Assembly: GCA_003427395.1 (NCBI GenBank) | Contig: BFEA01000041.1 | Location: forward strand, 706,583 to 768,290 | Source: Chara braunii | Lineage: Eukaryota; Plantae; Charophyceae | Direction: 5' to 3' | DNA: 61,708 nt | Part shown: piece by piece, positions 25,351-37,214 of the stretch | Layout of the letters: each line of letters opens with the position of its first letter | Numbering within the stretch: the first letter of the stretch is position 1 | Notes under the pieces: model-generated | What the model saw: the letters and a program-made list of their open reading frames with translations, nothing else | The model's database searches: none | Told to the model about the DNA's origin: nothing | Position numbers and translations under genes: made by a program

Positions 25351-25718
25351 GTAGCACCGTGTTTGCGTTCAGAGGCGAACGCGAACATGTTCACCCGAAC
25401 GCGAACAAGTGTCAAAAACCCTCCGAACGCGAACATAAAAAAAAAAAAATACTAATTTCTTAGAAAAATCCGAAACAAATATATGTTATGTAAAATAACA
25501 ATACAAGCAACTTTTGCCATAGAGTCATATTTAAATTTGTAGCCAATCATGAGTTAAAAATCAAAAACCGATTTTTATTTTTATTTTTTACGAAAAAGAA
25601 GTTACGTTCACCCGAACATGTTCGCGAGCTGTTCGCGCGAGCGCACGAACACGTTCGCGCGAGCGCACGAACACGTTCGCGCGAATGTGAAGGGGCGCAA
25701 ACACGTTTGCCATGCTAC
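25351..25718. mobile_element. Non-autonomous DNA transposon with CGAAC/GTTCG subterminal repeats
   Basis: Imperfect TIR GTAGCA..CGTGTTTGCG; interrupts the LINE-B APE; no clear TSD. Confidence 0.55.
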
Positions 25719-28700
25719 GCAGCTTACTACTTTCTCTCTTGGACTCTCAATGCTTGACGGCCACATACAGACAAATGAACCCTGAGGATCATGGATATAC
25801 TTGGTATGGACCTAGGCCGGACAAAACTTTAAGGTCCCCTCAACCACACAGGCGGTGAGACTTTATTGCAACTAGGGGGACCATTTGGGACCAGTGTATC
25901 CTGTCAGAGTATGCGCTACTATGCGGTGGACTCAATGTCGGATCACTACCCAATTTTTGTAGATGTAATAGCCAGGGACCTGGTGGAAATCGCCAGACAA
26001 ATCATCTAAAGGATAAGGGCATCCCTACCTGGATGAACAATCAAATGGTGAGTTGGCAACAAGTCAGAGACCTCTTTGACACCGAAGCAGACTGGGCAGA
26101 GGTGGGTCAGTCAATTATCCGGGAAGCGCTTATAGTTTTTTCGAGAATGAAATCGGCCAATAGAAAATTGAAAGAGACGCAGTGTCGAAGGGAGGTGGAG
26201 GAGGCTGAATCTAATATGGGTTCAGATCCCTTCACATATCTCTATTGGTCTGAAAGGAGAAAATCAGCCTTGAGCAGGTTGGAGGACTTGGAAGTCCAAA
26301 GACAAGTGGAATGGCTGGAATGATTGAGATTAAGAGGGATAGTGGGCTATGATAGGATGCCAAAGCTCACATTTTACTCGCTGATCCTACGGCAAAGTAA
26401 ACTGGTGATCAGAGAATTAATGCATCGCTTGAGTTAGACACCTCCCCATCCTCTCACCCTCATAGGATGTGCGAGTATGCGCTGGCCTACTTCCGAGACA
26501 TAGTATCAACAAGAAGAGTCTTTAACCAGTTTGACACAGACCTGTCAACCGCATCTACATTCTGGGACAGGACCATGACGTGTATTAGTCCTACCTCCAA
26601 GACCCGGTTGGACTCCCCGTTCACAAAAGTGGAGTTGTTTAAAGCAGTAAAACAAATGGCGAAGGGTAAATGCCCGAGCATTGATAGACTTCCCGTAGAA
26701 CTATTTTTATGCACTTGAGAGGGATTCGGTCCCATTCTTTGTCAAATTTATAACTCAGCATTAAGAACTAGTTTCCTCCTGAATAACTTTGTCGCAGGCT
26801 TCATCTCCCTTTTATACAAGAAAGGTGACAAAAAAGAGGTAAAAAACTACAGATCGATCTCTATTCTAAATATAGCCTACAAGATCTTGGCAAAAGTCAT
26901 CGCCATTCGATTGGCAGAAGACTTACCAGAGTTTGTGGGATAAGAGCAAGGAGCCTTTTTCAAAGGGCGGTCAATTTTCGAAAACATTGTAGCGACTATT
27001 CAAGCACTAAATGTTATAAGCGCGGAAAAAAAACGAAATCGTTGTCTTATTGCCAGACATGGAAAAAACCTACGACAAGGTAGGCGGGACGTTTGTTTCC
27101 ACTATGTTATACAAGATGGGTTTCGGGTAGGGATTTGCTAACAAGATTCATGCAATGTATGCTAGGGCCATATGTCCGATGAGTTTCCTAGGGTGCCCTT
27201 TAGCCTCCTTGTTGTTTGTATTACAACTAGAAGTCTTATTGGACAATATAAGATTTAATGATAATATCTCTGGCTTGAAACTCCCTCCTTCACTACATTG
27301 GAAGGGAGGGTCCATCGCAGACGACTTGACTGTTGCCTGCGAAAACACCCCATGTTCCTTAAGGGAACTTAGAAATGTATTAACTTTGAAACGAATACAA
27401 CGTATTATCTGAGACTTCAATAAATTGGTCTAAATCGGTATATTGTTTACCATTTATGTATGAGTTGAAGGTGGATTGGGGACTTAAATTAATTCCCACG
27501 GAGAACTTTGAGCGGTTCCGAGTCCTGGCATTCAAGTTTCTCTGTCAAACTGTTCCAAAACCCAGAATCAGCTACTATCGGATCGGTGCCGGTGCGAATA
27601 CCCTTACAAGGGCATCCGCCCTGGTTTTTGCAAACGACCAGAAATAAGCTTGATTTAAAGTTTAAGTATACCGTGCGAGGCGCGGTTGAGTCTGTGATTT
27701 ACGCTGACCACATGGTTGACTAGAGTAGGGAGTGTGTGGGCGCGCAGGCTTGAGGCGCGCGTGATTTTTATTTGTTGATGATTGAAGAGTCGGCGTAATC
27801 GCCGGCCAAACTTTTACTTCTGATTAAACTAGGATTAAAAAGATTTTGTCTTCTGATTGGTACTCTTGCCTGTGACCTGTGCGTACGTGCGGAGGACGGT
27901 ATCGGCAACAATGTGACTTTAAAACATTCGGTAAATTCGCGCGTTGCATAGTATTTTGTTTATTTAGGTGTTAGTCAATACTAGACCCGACCTTCGACCT
28001 AACACTATTAGGTTATAGCATCAGACTTTCATCAAGGAGGTTCAGGGATTGAGGTCGAGCGGCGATGACGTGGGGATATCAGAGTAGCGCGAAGGGACTG
28101 AGGGATTGGGAGTCCGACGGGGTTATCCTCCCTTGGTTTTGCCGTCTGCAGCGTCAGAACGGGGCTAGCGTTTTTTTTTTCCTCGTTCGTCATATTTTGA
28201 CGATTAAAACTTATAAGTTTCTAAATAGTTTTATTTATTGTTGTATTATTATTCTGCTCCGGTGCTCCTCAACTTAGGCGCGACGCTGGATTTGGAGGTC
28301 GTCGCGACGGTCGAGGGCCTTGAGCACATTTGTTTATTTCCTGTGACCTATGGTTCCCTGTGTGTTTGTGATGTTGTAGAGATCTCTCTACTCGGTCCGC
28401 CTTGAGGCATGGACCAAGAGGTTCAACGTGCATACGGCCCGGCAAGCGCCTAGGCCGCAAGGGAGTAACTAATTTGAGTAGTAGAAACCTTTGCGGCGCG
28501 TTATCCACCATCCGTGACCGCTGTGAGTGTGCGGGCCTTCCAACAGAGACGCCCCTTTCGGCGCAGCAATCGACAGCCTGTGCGAGGGCTTACCTGTTGA
28601 GGTCCGAGGGGGTGGTGGACTCCTACCCAAACTAAGTGGCCAAGAGGAGCTCGGGGGAAGCTCGCAGTGGTACTGGGGCGCAACCCTTCGTCAAAATAAG

Positions 28701-30149
28701 TTTAAAGGCGGTAGGCTAGTCGGACTAGTATGAGTTAGTCTTGTTTTCTCACTTTTTCGGAGTTTTCGTTAGAGTGGCGATAGAGGTTAGTCGGCCTGCT
28801 TGGTTACCACGATGGATGGAACCGGTCGTTACAGGGTGCTGCGCTAGTCTCCAGGAGAAAAGGCAGCGAAAGCGGACGACGGGGAGATGAGGCAGCGGGT
28901 GCAGAGGGGGAAGAAGGGGTTTGGATGTTGTTTGTGCGAAGTGCGACCGGGGTGGGAGACAAAGACGAAGAAACTAGACGAAAGGGATACGGCGGAGCAG
29001 GCAGGAAAGATAGGAGAGCAGAGGTGGCAAGGCAGCAGAGGAAGTATAATGAACCTGGATGCAAAATCGTGTCAAGTGCATTCGCAGTTGAATGTGAAAG
29101 GAGTGAGGAGATGCTGGGAAGGTAAGTGAGGCGCATCGGAAAACGAATAGCTTGTGCGATTTTCAGCGGGATTGGTCAGGAAAGGAATTGAAAACAGGGG
29201 TTTGGAGGTGAGGCGAACCGAATGGTGAAGTTAGATTAGTGCGAGGAGATGTGTAGGACAAGCTAGGTGAAGGAAGTGTTGCGCGAAGCTATGGAGGAAG
29301 GGGAGGAATATGTGAAGTTAAAAGAATGAATTAATTAACTGATTCTTGACAGAATCGGACGAAATAAAAGCCGAAGTCGGGGGTTTTGGGGCAGGCACCC
29401 CCTGATCTAAAGTCAGTTTGGGCAGATAATTAGTAGAAGAGGAGTTAGGAAGAAGGAGGAGGGCGCCGACTCCGCCGAGCCATGGCGGAAGAGGAAAAGC
29501 GGGAACGAAGAGAGTGAAATTCATACGACTCGCTTGTTCCTCAGTGAAAACGAGCGAGCGAAGATAGGATTCCGGGGTTTTTAGAGCGGGCGAATACGAT
29601 TATGAAGTTGGAATTAGTAGAAGGTTAGTAAAAAGAGAGTTAGAGAAGAAATGACCGCATTGAGATGTCGAGCCAACGACTATGGAGGAACAAGATTTTG
29701 TCTAGCTCACTCGATTCTCGACGGAATCGAGTGAACCTGAGTGGTAAGTAGGGGTTTATGATAGCTACAAGTTACATGGAGGGGTGTCCCGTGTTTGTGT
29801 ATATTCAATGGTTGAGCTAGACATGTTGCGTAAGTTTGGGTGGTCTAGCTTTATGCCTTATGTAAGCTGGTTATAAAGGTATAAATCATTAAAAGACTAT
29901 GAAGTATTGTTTGATAAGGTTGACCTGGGATGGTGAGAGTACTTATCTCTGTTGTTTGACCTTGCATGTGGCTGAGTGAGACTACTACTTAGTCTGAGTT
30001 TCAGTTTGGATAGGTAGTTGCTCTAGTTTCTCGCCACGGGCTAGAGCGATAGGAGTTAAATTGAACTCTGCATTTTCTGAGCTAACTTTCTTTTACTTAG
30101 ATCAATTATCGCATTTTTTTGGATCATTTTTTATATTTGGCTTTATATA

Positions 30150-30720
30150 AATTTTGGTAAGTTACTTTCTGTACGGGAAGTGCTGCCGAAATTTCTGCAA
30201 ATCCAAAGAGTTGATCAAATTTTGACTTTTCAAAAGTTTAGTTTGTCTAAATTTTATATATGGCTCAGTAAAAGTCTGGGAAGTCTCATTTTCCAAAGGG
30301 AGTGCTGCCCAAATTTTTACTAATTCAAGGAGTTAGACAAAATTGAACCTTGAGAAGTCAAAGTTAGTTTAGGTTCTTAACTTAACTTTGTATGAATCTC
30401 GGAAGTCTCATTTTGTAAAGGGAGTGCTACCCAAATTTTTACAGATCTAAGAAGTTAGTTACATTTTGTCTTAAGTTAAACTCAAGTTTTGTTTAAAGTT
30501 CGCATCTGACTTAGTATAAATCTGGGAAGTCTCCGTTTATAAAGGGAGTGTTACCCAAATTTTTACTAATTCAGGGAGTTGAACAAAATTTGACTTTCCA
30601 AGAGTTAGAGAATATTTTAGTCTTTATATTCGAGTTAGTATCAATTATGAAAAGACACTTTTCCTACGGGAAGCGCTGACAAAACTTTCCTAGTTTAAAG
30701 GAGACAGGTTATATTTTGAC
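30150..30720. repeat. About 123-bp tandem repeat, roughly 4.6 diverged copies
   Basis: GGGAGTGCTGCCCAAATTTTTAC-like core at about 30176, 30298, 30420, 30544, 30668. Confidence 0.85.
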
Positions 30721-31621
30721 AGGTGACGATTCTGGAGGTTCATTCTGTAGAGAGGAGATCCGGTTAGGATCTACCTTTTCTTTAGGTATCTGCTTAGGGA
30801 TAAATTTAAACTCAGTTAAGTAAAAACGATGTTTGAGTAAGATCGTGATATGAAGATTATTCTCGACGGACTTATAGGTTTAGCCTGGGGATTGGTTTGT
30901 CTTGTGTTACAAGTCCACTTGGTCGTTTGATTCAGGATTTGGGCTAGATTCAACTTGATCCTACAAGGATCATCATTTGTTATCACTGATAACTGGTCAG
31001 TTGTCGATTCGTCAGTTTACGATTCAACTCCAATCCACTCTTGTCACTCAACCTAAAGACTTTAGCCATGTGGTTTCACTTGTTTCGTTGTGTTTTCGCC
31101 CGGACTTTATTTGAATGATCATTTAACGAAAGTACTGAGTATTTTATTTTCAGGAGTTGCACAAGAGTGAGGCTTGCATGGCTAAAGCGAGGGGTATAAG
31201 TGCAGAGAATGGTTGAAGTTCACCACGTGCAGTGCATGGTTTTTTGGTTGAATCTTTGATGTGATCGCAAGTATGTTTGGTGGTTCGGAATCTCGATTTG
31301 ACTTCCTGCGATCACATGTATATATATGGCTGAGAGGAGCCTCACTGTGACTGTAAGAAGTGATCGTCCTATATTAATAACCCTTATTTATATATGTACA
31401 TACATATGTCTTGAGTGTTTGCACGACGTACTGTGATCGTGCGTAAGGGTTAAACAGATTATGTTTTCAAGAGAAAAGGGAGATCCTCTTTTATTCTTTG
31501 CTTTTTAAAGTTGTTATAGTTGGACGTTGTAGTTTGTGGCAGCTGTCAAAGTCAAACTCCTTGAGTTTTCTCCAGACCCTGGATGATGGAGTTGGTCTCC
31601 AAGGCGATAAAATACGATTGC

Positions 31622-32900
31622 CTATGTAACCGGTTGAACGCGTCGAACGCACGTTCACGTTCAAACGCGCGCGTTCATACCCCCCGGGCCCGCGTTCAAT
31701 CGCATTCAAACGCGCTGCGCGCGAAGGAGCGCGAGAAAATTGAACGCGACCCCAGGGGGGAGTCGCGCGCGTCGAGGACTACGGCCATGCAGAAAATGAA
31801 GTAAAAAAAAAACACGAAATACCCCCACCAAACATAGAGACCCCCACAACAACACACACAGATATTTACACACACTGACACATGCACTCCTTTTTTTTTT
31901 TTTTCTCACGGCTCACGCAGGCTATATGAAGGGGTCCTTGCCGCCATGTAGCGCAGACCCGCCCCACCAAAATGAAGGCAGGCAGAGAATATGGAGCACA
32001 GCATGAGCTGCCCGAATATATACTCAAGATTTGAATTGAGGTCTGTGTTTCAGCAGTTATGGATTGCTCGTGTAGCTAGGCCTGCACGTCGTTCTCAGGG
32101 CTTGGCTGCACTACTCACCAAATGTGCAAAACTAGAATGAATCTGCTGCAAAACGTGGAATAATACGCCGCCATATGTTTTGTCGTTTTTCTTTTCTTTT
32201 CCTTTTCTTTTAGGGCCACTGCACGTATTCCTAAGAATAGAAAAAGCAGAAAAAAAGAAAAACGAGAAAAAAAAGACAAAACATATGGCAGCGTATTATT
32301 CCACGTTCTGTAGAAGATTCATTCCAGTTTTGCACATTTGGTGAGCAGTGTAGCCAAACCCTGAGAATCACGTGCAGGCCTAGCGACATGAGCAACCCAT
32401 AACTGCTGAAACACAGACCTGAATCCGAATGTTAAGTATATATTCGGCCAGCTCCTGCTCTGCCTCACATTCACTGCCTGCCTTGAATTTGGTGGGGGGG
32501 TCTGCGCCACATAGTTGCGATGACCCTTCAGAAAGCCTGCAATGGCTGTCTGAGCCCTGTTGGGGGGATTCCCCAAACACCCCTTGAAAAAAAAAGAGGA
32601 GCTTTCACACACACACATACACACACACACACATTCACACACTTTTTTTTTCCCCCCCCCACTTTGTCTGGGGCATTGACCGACAAACCCCCCCCCAAAC
32701 AGTGTCGCCGCTCCCCACACTGCCCACAACCCCTCCCAAGCACCGCCGCCGCTACCCACAATTTCCACAGCTCCCCCCCACCCCGCATAGCACCCTGCGC
32801 AAACGCGTCAAACGCATTCGGGCGCGTTCACTGAACGCGCGTTCACCGCGTTCAAACCTTGAACGCGAAACGCGCGTTCAATGAACGCGCGGTAACATAG
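31622..32900. mobile_element. Fold-back non-autonomous DNA transposon with 8-bp TSD
   Basis: TSD ACGATTGC (31614-31621, 32901-32908); TIR CTATGTAACCG/CGGTAACATAG; GAACGCG subterminal repeats; about 250-bp internal inverted repeat. Confidence 0.9.
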
Positions 32901-34128
32901 ACGATTGCCGCCACAAGTATGAACCTGTGTACCACGCACTCTCCACAGGATGCAGAAGAGGGTGTGGTTTTCAACCGCACTTGGTGGTTGTCTAGCGTTG
33001 ATAGATTAACCTCTCAAGGCGCATGTTAGTCGACACTTGAGTGTCGAATATGACCCTCGAGATTATCGAGGACCACGTGATTATGAATACTACATAGTAT
33101 GCCATCATTGCAACTGCTTGTGTATGCTTGCATTACTAGTCGATATGAGAAAAACCTGCGTCCGAACGGTCTCATACTGAGTCTCGCGCGACTCCTATCC
33201 GATTTCTGCATCGGGGAGTTATGAGATGGATACAAAAAGAAACTAGGAGTGTTATCACGTTGTTTGTTCTGTGTCGTTCTGTATGTGTGAGTGTTGCGGT
33301 GTAACGCGTGCTATGTGGGATGCGTCCTGGTCGACCGGCGACGAGTCGCGCTTGGGACCTCAGCCCCCCCAAGGCGTCGGTTCACATGCGAGTCCGATAG
33401 AGGCGTAAACCACACGTACCCTCATATGCTACAATGAAAGAGAAACGCCCTCGGCTGGTTCACATGTGCGATTGCAACTGATTAGCTTTCGTACTGTGGA
33501 CTAGTAGCTCGGCAGGGATATGTCCACCGAAGGGAGGTGACAACTCCCGTAAGGTGGAGGTAAGTCGTGCCTCGTGAGAGGTATGGCTGGCGCACTCGGC
33601 CGGAGCGGCTTGCAGAAGCTCCATGTGTATTCGTGACGAGGATCAGACCAACTCCTGCGTTACGCGTCCGAGAGGGTCCCGCCCTTGCGCGGCGCTGGAC
33701 CGATGCGCTCGATATTGGACCCTAGCGAAAATACAGAGTTGGGCTCGTAACTACGAACTTTCCTTGTTTGGAAGGACTTTAGTTCTATTAGCAGCAGCGT
33801 TTCCAATGTTATGGTTTCCCCTTACCATTTACTTACTTGGGGATGAAGCTTAGAAGTTATAAGATAATTCGGAGAGCAGCGACAAGATATCTCTGGAAAC
33901 CTGCGGCTGAAGAAGACCATGGTTATATTACGAAGATTACATCGGATGCAGTGCCACTGGCTCTTCCAATATCACAGGGGAAGTTGGGCATCCTGGATCC
34001 GCACACCTAGAATCTTGCATTGTTGGCTAAATGGATTTGGAAGGCCCTTTTTGAGGACCCAAGTAAGCTATGGACCGCTATGGCTGAGTATATACTGAAG
34101 ATCGAATGGGCTTTGAAGGAGCCTCAGG

Positions 34129-35355
34129 CTATGTGACACCCGCGGCCTAGGCCGCGGGCATTTCGGCTGACGCGACCGAAAAAGTCGGTCGCGGCTGCGG
34201 CCTATGAGGCCCAGTCCACGGCCTATTTAAAAAAAAAAAAAATTACCCCTAAAAATACGTCAGCAAAAAAATATATATATAGGGGTGTAGGGTTTAGAAA
34301 ACCCTACAATCCTACGTTTTTTATTTCGGAATCCCGCTTCATGTAATATTTACAAAAAATGAAAAACGAAATCTGATTTAAGCAAAATATACAAATAAAA
34401 ATAAAAAGAAAAGCAGATTTTTTTTTTTTCCATTTTTTATCATGAGCAATATGGTCCCTGAGTTGTGCTGTGTTTTTTTTTTAAAACGATTTTCGGTTTT
34501 TTGTTGGCAAATTAGGTTTTAAAAAAAAATGAAGGTGTGTGTGTGTGTGCGCGCGCGCGCGCGCGCGCGCNNNNNNNNNNNNNNNNNNNNNNNNNNNNNN
34601 NNNNNNNNNNNNNNNNNNNNNNNNNNNNNNNNNNNNNNNNNNNNNNNNNNNNNNNNNNNNNNNNNNNNNNNNNNNNNNNNNNNNNNNNNNNNNNNNNNNN
34701 NNNNNNNNNNNNNNNNNNNNNNNNNNNNNNNNNNNNNNNNNNNNNNNNNNNNNNNNNNNNNNNNNNNNNNNNNNNNNNNNNNNNNNNNNNNNNNNNNNNN
34801 NNNNNNNNNNNNNNNNNNNNNNNNNNNNNNNNNNNNNNNNNNNNNNNNNNNNNNNNNNNNNNNNNNNNNNNNNNNNNNNNNNNNNNNNNNNNNNNNNNNN
34901 NNNNNNNNNNNNNNNNNNNNNNNNNNNNNNNNNNNNNNNNNNNNNNNNNNNNNNNNNNNNNNNNNNNNNNNNNNNNNNNNNNNNNNNNNNNNNNNNNNNN
35001 NNNNNNNNNNNNNNNNNNNNNNNNNNNNNNNNNNNNNNNNNNNNNNNNNNNNNNNNNNNNNNNNNNNNNNNNNNNNNNNNNNNNNNNNNNNNNNNNNNNN
35101 NNNNNNNNNNNNNNNNNNNNNNNNNNNNNNNNNNNNNNNNNNNNNNNNNNNNNNNNNNNNNNNNNNNNNNNNNNNNNNNNNNNNNNNNNNNNNNNNNNNN
35201 NNNNNNNNNNNNNNNNNNNNNNNNNNNNNNNNNNNNNNNNNNNNNNNNNNNNNNNNNNNNNNNNNNNNNNNNNNNNNNNNNNNNNNNNNNNNNNNNNNNN
35301 NNNNNNNNNNNNNNNNNNNNNNNNNNNNNNNGGGGGCGACCCTCCCCCAACCAAC

Positions 35356-35387
<32 letters not shown>

Positions 35388-35732
35388 AATAATAAAAAAA
35401 TTCAATCAATCAATCAATCAATCAATCATCAATCAATCAATCAATCAACCAATCAATCAATCAATCAGTCAATCATTAAAAAAAACAATCAATAAATTAA
35501 TTTTTTTTTATTTTTATTTTTTAATTTTTTTTTGCTACCTATCAAAAACAACCCCCCCAAATTTTTGATTTTTTTTTTTTTATGCAGGCCGATAACGACC
35601 GACGTGCGGAAGCCGAGCGCGCGCGCCGATTTTGAGCACGCGCCCCCGCCTGGGCGTGGCGAGGCCGCGCGCAGACTCGGCCACACGGCCTCGGCCTTGG
35701 CCGCAGGATTCCCGGCCGACTGTGTCATGTAG
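34129..35732. mobile_element. Non-autonomous DNA transposon with 8-bp TSD (contains an N-gap and (ATCA)n)
   Basis: TSD GCCTCAGG (34121-34128, 35733-35740); ends CTATGTGACAC / GTGTCATGTAG; GGCCGCGG subterminal repeats. Confidence 0.88.
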
Positions 35733-37214
35733 GCCTCAGGAGGCTTTAGTATGGTTATGCTGTTTGATGCCGTTTTTTTTAAACAAGCAGGTGAAGTCTA
35801 GAGTGTGGAGAGATATTCTCTATGCCTGGAAAAAAATCTATCCTACGACAGTGAAAGAACCTTAATCTAAGTTGGAAGTGGTGAATCAGCTGCTATTCGA
35901 AAACAAACTCATTCGGTTGCCTAATGGAGAAACATATTCAGCTAGGGGGGGGGGGACTTTGGGCGGTCATGGGCAGAGAAAGGGGTTCTCCAAATCAAGC
36001 ATATTTGGAACTCATGCTCAGAGGACTGGCTCACTGAGGAGGAACTGCGGGGAGGTGATGTCGCGGGTGAGGAACTTGGCAGCAAATTGGGAACAAGTTT
36101 TGAAGGCCATCCCTCATTATTGGGTATCGATGCTTAAGAACTCGGCTGAACAGAGGGAGGGAACCTGGACAGTGGCTAATGGAGATGAACATACAGTCTG
36201 GATGATATGGGGCCCGGATTTGGGGAAAGGTATCAAGGTACAGGAGTAGCGAGCCACCATCCGCAACTCAGAATCAGGACAACTTTGCTTTATTCAAGAC
36301 AAGACAATTCCAACCACGGTGTCGCTGCAAGAGGCTAGAGTGCTACAGATAAAGAAAAGTGCGAGACTGTTGGGCAAGGGGGAAAACTTCAGAGTTGAAC
36401 CTTTCCTACTAGGGTGACCAAGTCTTCAGGCACCCACGCAGGAAGGAGAATTGACCCCCCTAATCCAGTATAAAACCAGGGAGGGAGTCAGATATACCCA
36501 ATCCCAACGACCTCACCCGCCAAAGACTCTTGCCTCTCGGAGATTCAGGAAACTTAAAGGAGAAGGCCGGTCTGGAGGGGAGCCAAAGTGTTTGGCTTTA
36601 TGGAAGGAACTGAAGGACATTCCCCCCTCAAAGCGACTCAGTCCCAACAGGTAGTTCCAACGGCTCTCTGGCTGTCATCCAAAGGGATGGATGTGCCAGC
36701 AACCTGTAGCAGATGTGACTGGGGCTGGGAATCAAACTCCCATGTGTGGATTCATTGTCCACTTGCGGATGAGCTGGGGATGTGGTGGAACACACTCTGG
36801 CAAAGCATGTTTGGGGATGCATTCCTATGGAATGATGACTGGATGTTATTTGCTACCCTCCCCGATCCTAAACTGGTCTATTCTTCAGGCTTGGGGTACG
36901 TGGCACTAGTCTGCAGACGGGTACTCCTCCAGGAAATCTAGAGGGCAAGAAATGAGATGGTCTTCAAAAGGGAAAAAATAAGCATCTTTCATCAGCAACA
37001 GCAGATCCGGAGAAACCTGCGCTTGTGTATTTCGCCAGATTGGAAGAAGTGCGCAGGAAGACAAGGAAGAAGCAGACTGTGGTCCCAGAAGACCTGGACC
37101 TGGGGGAACAAACTGACAGGTTTTACCGTAGAGGGAGACATGATCCTCTCGAAATGGTTAAGGCCGAATTAGGCTCTTCCTTCAGGCCACTTTAGGCCAT
37201 AATGGGTAACTTGG

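Larger units (their letters stand above)
27578..33712 (+). mobile_element. Large unclassified element, copy 2, inserted in the LINE-B RT region
   Basis: Flanked by TA (or TAT) at 27576 and 33713; left end TCGGATCGGT resembles a deleted inverse of right end ACCGATGCGCTCGA; homologous to 15750-20585. Confidence 0.8.
24818..37172 (+). pseudogene. LINE-B ORF2, split by insertions at 25351-25718, 27578-33712 and 34129-35732
   Basis: MVLPKTVRLVSWNVKGL start; SDH; KGKCPSIDRLPVE; removing 27578-33712 rejoins ...PRISYY/WTLAKIQSWARNYELSLFGRTLV; terminal LSKWLRPN*. Confidence 0.85.

Noticed and set aside
33052-33074. CCTCGA-GATTA-TCGAGG as a DIRS-type internal complementary region
   Set aside because: Only 5-6 bp match to the element termini; too weak to call
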